From Nitrososphaeraceae archaeon (GTDB taxonomy: Archaea; Thermoproteota; Nitrososphaeria; Nitrososphaerales; Nitrososphaeraceae), in assembly GCA_016782315.1 (NCBI GenBank), contig JADDOQ010000001.1:12737-76736 (forward strand): DNA of 64,000 nucleotides, read 5' to 3'. The translations under genes and the position numbers were made by a program. The notes below the pieces were generated by a model. That model was not told where the DNA came from. It ran no database searches and worked only from the letters and a program-made list of their open reading frames with translations. Each line of letters starts with the position of its first letter. The first letter of the stretch is position 1. Positions 38,624 to 46,386 of the stretch are shown here, piece by piece.

Positions 38624-39592
38624 TTGAATGTTTTTGATAATGTAGGTGATTTTATTTTTCCTATATTTGTTTATGAGTGTGAATCAAATTATCAGAATAG
38701 TTTAAGACTTCGAAACCTTAACGATTCTAAAGTTTTCATAAATAATATTCCTGTATTCATTCAAAAATTGATTGATTTGAAGATATGCAATATACTTATT
38801 TTTGGTATACCCGCAAAAAGGGATTCGTTTGGAGCCTCTTCATTTGATAAAAACGGAATAACCCAAAATGCAATTAAAACAATTAAGTCAAATTTTGGCA
38901 GCAGGGTAAATATTATTTCTGACGTGTGCATTTGTCAATATAACACCTCTGGTCATTGTGGCGTGTGTTGTTATGATGGTGCTAATAATTCAAATGAACC
39001 AAAAAAAAATACGAGAATTCTAAAAATAGATAACGATAAAACATTGAGTATATTGGGAAAGATATCATTAAGCTTATCCGAATCTGGAACAGACTTTATT
39101 GCTCCTTCCTCAATGATGGATGGCCAAGTATTTTATCTAAGGAGAGTTTTGGAAAATAACGACTATGATGGCATTAAAATAATGAGTTATTCTTCAAAGC
39201 ATAACTCTAGTTTGTATACGCCATTTAGGAGCAACAATTTTTTTAAATCCGATTTTATTGATAAATCTTCTTATCAAAATAGTTTCTATAATTTAAGCGA
39301 ATCTTTTAGGGAAGTAATAATGGATATTGATGAAGGCGCTGACTGGGTAATGATTAAACCTTCTTTATGGTACATGGATTTAGTAAAAATGATGAAATCA
39401 TACACCGATACGCCGTTGGTTGTCCAAAACGTATCCGGGGAGTATGCGTTAGTACAAGCTGCTGCAGATAATAAATGGCTCAACAAAACAGAGTGGTCTG
39501 CTTTATCTTTGATGTCGATGAGGAGAGCCGGAGCAGATAAGATAATCTCGTATTTTATTTTTGAATTGTTAAACAAATTGCTTGACAAATAA
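38624..39592 (+). CDS. hemB: Porphobilinogen synthase (divergent, N-terminal arm absent)
   Basis: DVCICQYNTSGHCG Zn site, APSSMMDG, MSYSSK and MIKP Schiff-base lysines, VSGEY and RAGAD. Confidence 0.88.
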   Translation: MNVFDNVGDFIFPIFVYECESNYQNSLRLRNLNDSKVFINNIPVFIQKLIDLKICNILIFGIPAKRDSFGASSFDKNGITQNAIKTIKSNFGSRVNIISDVCICQYNTSGHCGVCCYDGANNSNEPKKNTRILKIDNDKTLSILGKISLSLSESGTDFIAPSSMMDGQVFYLRRVLENNDYDGIKIMSYSSKHNSSLYTPFRSNNFFKSDFIDKSSYQNSFYNLSESFREVIMDIDEGADWVMIKPSLWYMDLVKMMKSYTDTPLVVQNVSGEYALVQAAADNKWLNKTEWSALSLMSMRRAGADKIISYFIFELLNKLLDK

Positions 39593-39633
39593 TTTGTAAT
39601 AAAATAGTTAGTGCTATTGCAATATTTGTATTC

Positions 39634-40062
39634 TCAAGTCTTTTTAGAGGATGAAACAATCTGTCCACTTGTTGAATCTACATATATTTTTGTATTGTTA
39701 GTTGTAATTTCCCATGCGTAATGAATGCCCTCTGTTATTGGGGGCGTTGTGTTACCAATTGCCTTTATGGCAGAACGATTGTCTTGTTCCAACAGATATA
39801 CACTTCCATTACCTCTCACCATTACATATTGGTAAGTAAACCTATCTTTAACATCGTTGAAGGTAATGTTATTAATTTCACTAAGAGGGTATTTAAAAAC
39901 TTCATGCAACACTATGATAAATGCCTCCTCAGGCAAAAGCTCAATGGAATTAAATTTGGGATTGCCAAGTGAATTTAAAAAAAACCCGTAGATTATTAAT
40001 GTAAAGGCTATAGAAAACAAAAACAAAATGAATATCTTAATTTTGTTATTTTTACCATCCAT
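39634..40062 (-). CDS. Membrane-anchored protein with PepSY-like C-terminus
   Basis: N-terminal TM helix; C-terminal YAWEIT...IYVDSTSGQIV resembles the PepSY motif. Confidence 0.55.
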   Translation of the reverse strand: MDGKNNKIKIFILFLFSIAFTLIIYGFFLNSLGNPKFNSIELLPEEAFIIVLHEVFKYPLSEINNITFNDVKDRFTYQYVMVRGNGSVYLLEQDNRSAIKAIGNTTPPITEGIHYAWEITTNNTKIYVDSTSGQIVSSSKKT

Positions 40063-40161
40063 ATGGTTTTTTAAATTTATGGTAATAATATATTGATTTA
40101 TTTAACTATAAATTCAATTTTACGATTAGAATATATATAATTAATTTTTAAAATAAAATAT

Positions 40162-40322
40162 CCCGCGGTAGCTCAGCCTGGTAGAGCTTTCGGCTGTAGT
40201 TGTTGGCAACCAATTGCTAACCAATATCAGCCTATCAGGCTTACATCCAGCAGTAACCGAAGAGTCGCAGGCTCAAACAAAAAATGAAATATCGTTTTTT
40301 GGAGCAAATCCTGCTCGCGGGA
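40162..40322 (+). tRNA. tRNA-Tyr(GUA) with two introns (37/38: 40200-40255; T-loop 58/59: 40277-40307)
   Basis: Acceptor CCCGCGG/TCGCGGG with A73, D-arm GCTC/GAGC, anticodon stem TTCGG/CCGAA with CT-GTA-G, T-stem GCAGG/CCTGC. Both insertions fold as bulge-helix-bulge motifs. TATA-like ATATATAA at about -30. Confidence 0.92.
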
Positions 40323-41323
40323 TTTATATACATGCTGCTGTTGTTGTCGTTGTTGCTTTTGCCTTTATGTTAATTCTTGTGTGGTCCATTACATTATATG
40401 CGATAATTTTTATTTGCGGTATTGGAAAGGGAATGTTGGGTAAAATAACAAGGTTTATCGGCCAACTAAAATTCTTCAGAACTATGAAGTGGATTTATCG
40501 TGAGCGTTCCAAGGATAAGAATGTTTCATTATATTAATTTTTGGGTCTAATTGATACTTTTTGTGTTGCATTAGGACAACTGGACCTACATTCAATTGTG
40601 TTACGTAGATCTTATTTTAGTGAACATACACACATTATCCTCGCTGCATTTACACGCAGTGGGCATCTGCTTTCGTCATAGCGGTCATAAATAATTCCAT
40701 ATGACTAATTTTAAATTGATTTAGTTTTCATTGTGTTTGTCTTTATCAACTTAAGCATATCATGATTTGGAATTAGAGAAATTTCGCCCCTATCTTCAAC
40801 TTTTCCAAATGTTCGTTTGTATTGCTCATATCCTGCCTTCAATTGGCTCAAAATCATATGATAAACAATCATTTGTCTAGCCGAGGTAATGCGTTGTTAC
40901 TTCAGTTAGACTAATCAAGGTATTTCTGATCGCAATGGTTCATTAGTTTTAAAAATCCATTAACCCTTCACATTTGAATTTTAGATTTTGCGTTTTGTTT
41001 TGTATCCTGTGTTTTCAGAATTCAAAAGAATATATTCATTATTATGTGACAATTAGTGATGCCAATGATGACGACGAAGAGCCGTCTGATTTTTATGCTA
41101 ATGACGAAGATTATGAGTGCTGAGGCATCAACTGTAATTTGAGTTTTTATTTTAGGTATGGAAAAATAATCAAGTCCAAATCGATTCTTAAGTAGTAAGA
41201 TCTGTTAATGGATAGTCTATTCTATAATAGAGCCATTTACATCAAAATATTGCCCATTTACTTTATTTAGATTCTGTTATAAAATTATATAACGTGCAAC
41301 TTTTCTTTATAATATAAAACTTA

Positions 41324-41992
41324 ATGAATTCCTTACAAAAGTTTATTCTTGGTTGCATTTATTGTAATAATTTATATGATGGACCAGACTCTAGTTTTAT
41401 TTTACCTTATCTTGAAAATAAACTCAATTTAGGTAATGAATTATATATTGACAACATTATTAATTTGGAAAAACAAGGGTATGTAAGAATAAAGAGTAAT
41501 GAACCCGACGCACTAAAACCTAAACAAATTGTTTGTTGTCTGAGCGAACTAGGTCGTTCAAAGATAAAGGTTGTATTTGTGGGTGGAGTTTTTGATTTAC
41601 TACATCCTGGCCATATTCACACTTTAAAATCAGCAAAGTCTTTTGGGGATGTTCTTGTTGTTGTCGTTGCTACTACTTCTACGGCTTTGAAATTGAAGAA
41701 AAATAGAAATATTTATCATGATGAAAAACAAAGACAAGAATTGGTTGCATCATTATCGTTTGTAGATTTGTCAATTATTGGAAAAGAGGGTACATTATAT
41801 GATACTGTGTCTTTTGTAAAACCTGATATAATAGCTTTGGGATATGATCAAAAACATGATGAGAAGGAAATACAAAAGAATTGCTTAGAAAGAGGGATGG
41901 AATTGGATGTCATAAGACTATCTTCTCCAATTCCTCGAATAAAAAGCACTATGATAAAAAGAAGCCTAGGTAATTCTTTTTATGATATTTAA
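41324..41992 (+). CDS. ribL: FAD synthetase with an N-terminal wHTH-like domain
   Basis: GGVFDLLHPGH, KPDIIALGYDQ and KSTMIK; adjacent to ribK. Confidence 0.85.
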   Translation: MNSLQKFILGCIYCNNLYDGPDSSFILPYLENKLNLGNELYIDNIINLEKQGYVRIKSNEPDALKPKQIVCCLSELGRSKIKVVFVGGVFDLLHPGHIHTLKSAKSFGDVLVVVVATTSTALKLKKNRNIYHDEKQRQELVASLSFVDLSIIGKEGTLYDTVSFVKPDIIALGYDQKHDEKEIQKNCLERGMELDVIRLSSPIPRIKSTMIKRSLGNSFYDI

Positions 41993-42705
41993 TCCAAATC
42001 TTTTAACTCAATTGTTACAATGTCCCCATTTTTTAAACTTGCTGTTTCTTTAATGCATACTGGAGAGATAACTTCAACTAAGCTGTTGTTATGGTGTGTT
42101 CTTTCTAAAAGCAGTATGGATGATTCTATTTCCATCTTTTCATAATTTTCTTTGTTTCCGGGAATTAAAATTGTTGGATAGCATTTAACCCATCCAAATG
42201 TTCTGTTTTCATCCTTAAAGCCGTGAATGTAGATGGATGGATAGCTTGTTATTTCTCTTTTGGTGTCTTTATAAATTTGTTCTTCCAGTTTTACGTTTAA
42301 AGTGCCCGGAAAGGGTTCGTATCCTAATTTTTCCCTAAATTGATCTTTGTACCCTTTCTTTGACATGTAGTATGAACCCTCTCCCATACCCGTAACAATT
42401 TTTCCTTTGAAAATTACTCTTTTACCTCTAGAGCTATCTATTGCTGTTTTCATCATACTATGCAGTTCTTTTATGACCTCAAATCCTTCCTGTGTTACTT
42501 TTATTTTGAATTTCTTATTGTTTTTAATTCTTTCAATTAAGTTGTCTTTTTCTAATTCAATCAATACCTTTGAAGCTGTTTGTTGAGAGCGTTGGATGAC
42601 TTTACTTATTTGACCACTCGTTATTTCAGTATGGGTTTCCTTGGCACCTAATGACAGTAAGTGAGCCAAGGTTAAAAAATGAAAATAATTTAAATTACCT
42701 TCCAT
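41989..42705 (-). CDS. ribK: CTP-dependent riboflavin kinase with N-terminal HTH
   Basis: SQQTAS HTH, GMGEGSYY, PFPGTLN, RTHH and EVISP. Confidence 0.93.
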   Translation of the reverse strand: MEGNLNYFHFLTLAHLLSLGAKETHTEITSGQISKVIQRSQQTASKVLIELEKDNLIERIKNNKKFKIKVTQEGFEVIKELHSMMKTAIDSSRGKRVIFKGKIVTGMGEGSYYMSKKGYKDQFREKLGYEPFPGTLNVKLEEQIYKDTKREITSYPSIYIHGFKDENRTFGWVKCYPTILIPGNKENYEKMEIESSILLLERTHHNNSLVEVISPVCIKETASLKNGDIVTIELKDLD

Positions 42706-44038
42706 TATTGCTATGGTTAATCAAGCCTATATCCGAAAAGGTTTTTATGCGAATTTCTGAAATTGGTTTTTTTATGCTGCTTGTTCTATGCCCTATTATA
42801 TATTGAATCCCTGCTTTGTTAGCCGCTTCTATTAATCTCTGGGTAATTATCCCATCTAAAACCAATAGTTTTCCACCTTGTGAATTTGATATTCTTTTTA
42901 CAATGTCAGAAACAGGTACTTTTATCATTGCTTTCATTGAATTGTCAAAGATTACTGCTTCTAAAGTTTCGTTGATTTCTGGGAATATTTGCTTAATGGT
43001 TGAAATGATTACCTCATCTTCTTTTATGGGTGATATATTTTTGTCTATGTTCGCGTATGTGATTTTATTATTGTTATCTTCTACAGACGCTTTGTTTTGC
43101 TGATTGTTGATGGGTTTGGTGTTCATGTCAATCATGTTTATTTGATTTTGGTTTGTTGTGGATTGCACATTGTTTCGTGTCTGAAACTGGTTTTCTGAGT
43201 TTGAACTATTAGGCGAGTTACTATAAATGTTCTTAATGTATTGTTCCACATCCTTTAGTATTTCTGAAATCTCTAAAGGAGTGCACTCTTCGACTTCCCT
43301 ACCTGCTGGTGCTCGGTATACTCTGTCTATTTTTACTAATCCTTGCAACTCTTTTAATATTAAATCACCGGCTCTATCTCCATCAATAAAAGCAACAACT
43401 CTTTTACCATGTGTTAGTTTTAATATTGTTTCGTCAATCTTTGCACCTTCAATTGCTATTGAATTTTCAAATCCTGCTCTGAGGAGATTTATTACGTCTG
43501 CTCTTCCTTCTACCAAAATAATCCAATCAGAATCAAATACACCTACTCCGCATGCTAATTGAGCCTTGCCAAAAGTAGTTAGTCTGCCTGGTTTGCTTGC
43601 GTCATATACATCCTTTAACATTTCCTCTCCTTCGCTTATTGTTTTTGTTGCCCATTCTTGTACGATTTTTTTTGCTCTATCTACTATGATTTTCTTTTTG
43701 ATTGCCCTTATGTCATCAATTCCTATTAATGAGAATTTGGCTTGAAAAGGACCAACTTTGTCAATACTTTCGATTGCAGCAGCTATTAGAGCGGCCGTAG
43801 AAATGTCGGTGCTCATGGGGATTAAAGCATCGCCTTTTGCGGAATTCGACTTGGAGTCTACATTAACTTCGATCCTTCCAACTTTGGATACTTTTTGTAG
43901 TTCATTCAGGTTCATTTCTGGTCCCAACAAGCCTTCCGTTTGCCCAAAAATAGCGCCAATAATATCGGCCTTTTCTACTAAACCATCAACATCAAATTTT
44001 AACTTTACATGATACTTAACAATGCCGGTATTTGGCAT
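42695..44038 (-). CDS. dnaG: Archaeal DnaG primase-like protein
   Basis: GVVEKAD-type GLVEKADIIGAIFGQTEGLLG, ILVEGRADV and DGDRAG (Toprim); start set to MPNTG at ATG 44038. Confidence 0.95.
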   Translation of the reverse strand: MPNTGIVKYHVKLKFDVDGLVEKADIIGAIFGQTEGLLGPEMNLNELQKVSKVGRIEVNVDSKSNSAKGDALIPMSTDISTAALIAAAIESIDKVGPFQAKFSLIGIDDIRAIKKKIIVDRAKKIVQEWATKTISEGEEMLKDVYDASKPGRLTTFGKAQLACGVGVFDSDWIILVEGRADVINLLRAGFENSIAIEGAKIDETILKLTHGKRVVAFIDGDRAGDLILKELQGLVKIDRVYRAPAGREVEECTPLEISEILKDVEQYIKNIYSNSPNSSNSENQFQTRNNVQSTTNQNQINMIDMNTKPINNQQNKASVEDNNNKITYANIDKNISPIKEDEVIISTIKQIFPEINETLEAVIFDNSMKAMIKVPVSDIVKRISNSQGGKLLVLDGIITQRLIEAANKAGIQYIIGHRTSSIKKPISEIRIKTFSDIGLINHSNNGR

Positions 44039-44208
44039 CTTTATTACCTCGTTATTAATTTTATTTATCATATTTAGATGATGTATTTAATACATTACCT
44101 ACCTTCATTAATCTTTTTATTTTATGATTAATTAAATTGTTTTTCTACAAATTTAAATAAATTTTATGTTTATATTTGTATATTCATTATTTTTTATATT
44201 AGTGCTAT

Positions 44209-44667
44209 TTATTTTATCTTTTCTGATATGGTTATATAAAATGATTTCATTTCTTCAATTTTTCTTATTCTTCCCTTGGTGATTTTTAGCAATTTTTTTT
44301 TATAATACAGATCAATAAATTTGCCATTGGTCTGTGACAATATTTTTTTTGTAATTGCCTTTCCTTTTTGGTCTGCGTCTAAAAGTAATATTAGTTTTTT
44401 ATAGTTTGCAGAACAATAGTCCACAAAATCAGTTGTACCTTTAAAGTTATGATATGCTTTTAGGTTACCTTTAAACCCTAAATAATTCAAGGCATCAATA
44501 TCTTTTTTGCCCTCTACAACAACTATTGAATTCTTGAGCGACTCATTATTTAATGAGCTTATAAAGTTGTTTAATTCTTCTATTGAAGTTTCTCTATATT
44601 CTTTCTTCATGGATAATGACTTAGTTACGAGCCAACTCTCTTCATCTTTGAGCCGCATCTTGGACAA
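44209..44667 (-). CDS. Small Toprim-domain protein (start uncertain)
   Basis: VVVEGKKD and LLLDADQKG Toprim motifs. Confidence 0.85.
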   Translation of the reverse strand: MSKMRLKDEESWLVTKSLSMKKEYRETSIEELNNFISSLNNESLKNSIVVVEGKKDIDALNYLGFKGNLKAYHNFKGTTDFVDYCSANYKKLILLLDADQKGKAITKKILSQTNGKFIDLYYKKKLLKITKGRIRKIEEMKSFYITISEKIK

Positions 44668-44927
44668 GAAGATTGATCGTGTTTAGTGCCACAATTCATA
44701 CAATAATAACTAATTGAACTTCCTGAGCCGCCAAAAACAGAACCAGACATTCCCATTTTTTTCATGGTTCTATTTCTTATGTAATAACTTAGCATAATGA
44801 ATACAATTATTATAATTGGTAATGAGAAGGGAAAAGGTATTAAGAATGAAATACCCAAACTTATTCCTAAAGAAATTCCTATCCACATTAATTGCTGTGA
44901 TAAAAATTGCCTGTTATTGCCTATCAC
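44625..44927 (-). CDS. Small membrane protein with C-terminal zinc ribbon
   Basis: Two TM helices, then CMNCG...CPRCG. Confidence 0.8.
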   Translation of the reverse strand: MIGNNRQFLSQQLMWIGISLGISLGISFLIPFPFSLPIIIIVFIMLSYYIRNRTMKKMGMSGSVFGGSGSSISYYCMNCGTKHDQSSCPRCGSKMKRVGS

Positions 44928-45003
44928 TGTATATCATTGATACTAATAAAAAACATTATATTTAAAATCTTTCCTCTTTTCTAAATTTTATTTTTAACTG
45001 TGT

Positions 45004-45330
45004 TCAATTATATTCTGCATAATATTTATAGCGTTTCTCAACTTCTTTGTTTTTTCCGTCTAATACGATTTGAATCTGTTGTTGTAATTGATTCATGGAG
45101 TAGTTTTTAAATTTCACTCCATCATCTGTATCTGGAAACTTGGATAATGTATTCTCAAAATCCTTCATAAAGGTGACTACCATCTCCCTAAACTCATCTT
45201 TTGTTGGGCTTTTGTGGTTATTTACTTTAAACCATGAAACAGCTAATTGTGATGAGTAGATTTTCGCTAAATCTTCTGTTAGCCTGTCAATTTCAAAAAA
45301 ATCCGCCATTATCTCGTAAAAACTAGGCAA
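45004..45330 (-). CDS. Conserved hypothetical protein (108 aa)
   Basis: Clean helical ORF, TTG start. Confidence 0.7.
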   Translation of the reverse strand: MPSFYEIMADFFEIDRLTEDLAKIYSSQLAVSWFKVNNHKSPTKDEFREMVVTFMKDFENTLSKFPDTDDGVKFKNYSMNQLQQQIQIVLDGKNKEVEKRYKYYAEYN

Positions 45331-46088
45331 TCCTTATTAAAATTTCTATTGTATTCTTAGTTAAGGCCTGTCATATTGGAATTATGTACCTTAAATAACC
45401 TGTATTTCTTTTGTATGTATATTAAAAAATACCATACACACAAATATGTTGGCTAGATTGCATTTGGATTAATACTATGCATGTCTTGTTGAAATATTTT
45501 AAAATCTCCAATATATTTTGTCAAAATAAGTCACATTTCCATTGGGTGTCGATACTCAAGCATAAACATTATGAGGTATCGTGCAACAAAAAGAGGGTTT
45601 TTGAACCTATGGTTAGATGCACTATTTTAAGGTGGTACTAGTACTTGGGCTTGAAGTTGCATTTGACTATGTTAATAAATAACAATGTAGTGAGGATAAC
45701 AAAGAATCTAAATTTGTTATTATGACATAGTTTTTTCCATTTGGCATTGTCAAATATTATGGTGAATGTTCCAATTCAGCCGATTCGAAAAGGCTACTAC
45801 ATTCGCCTCTAGTTTGTGCAGTTTATTTGAATAAATGCGTCATTCGCCTTGTTTGAGAAAAGCATTGTTGATTGAACTATTCAATATCCGAAAGATAGGC
45901 TGAAAGTATTGGTTATTGCTTTTTTTGCATAGGTGGTAAATGCAAATTAAAGAAAGCAAATAGCGGTTTAATCTATTTAATTCTATCAAAATAAAGAAGA
46001 TGCACAAAAGTTAAAAGAGCCTCTCCACGCTCTACCTGGAGAATGCGAATAGAAAGATAAAAATGGGTTTGAATATTCTCAACAGATA

Positions 46089-46256
46089 ATGCCTATAACA
46101 GATGTAATAAAAAAACAAATAGCTCAAAAAAGACGACTATTTTTCAAGATATGTTTTAAGTGTGGAGCTAAAAACCCTATTGGATCAGATAGATGTAGAA
46201 AATGTCATGGAAACCAGATGCGTTTAAAAAACAGAACATTGGGTGCAAAAAAATAG
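46089..46256 (+). CDS. rpl40e: 50S ribosomal protein eL40 (55 aa; missed by the ORF track)
   Basis: Hand translation MPITDVIKKQIAQKRRLFFKICFKCGAKNPIGSDRCRKCHGNQMRLKNRTLGAKK*. Confidence 0.95.
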   Translation: MPITDVIKKQIAQKRRLFFKICFKCGAKNPIGSDRCRKCHGNQMRLKNRTLGAKK

Positions 46257-46285
46257 TTTTTTTTAACCATGCCGCAACAATTTGC

Positions 46286-46329
46286 TTAATTCTTTATTAA
46301 TTCTTTATTAATTCTTTATTAATTCTTTT
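46286..46329. repeat. Tandem repeat, 4 x 11 bp (TTAATTCTTTA)
   Basis: Three perfect copies and one with a last-base mismatch; no spacers. Confidence 0.95.
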
Positions 46330-46386
46330 CAAATAAGAAACCTTTAATTATCTTTTTCTATTCATCAATCTAAGATCACGATTAGT

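Noticed and set aside
40214-40537. ORF-track 107-aa + strand ORF
   Set aside because: Starts inside tRNA-Tyr intron 1 and runs through the tRNA; not a credible gene, although the last about 56 codons could be a small membrane peptide.
45860-45920. YPKDRLKVLV fragment resembling a GT2 glycosyltransferase in the 45330-46089 gap
   Set aside because: Only about 10 residues match, flanked by stops in all frames; too weak to call.
46286-46329. Possible mini-CRISPR array
   Set aside because: Units are 11 bp and contiguous with no spacers; no cas genes in the window.
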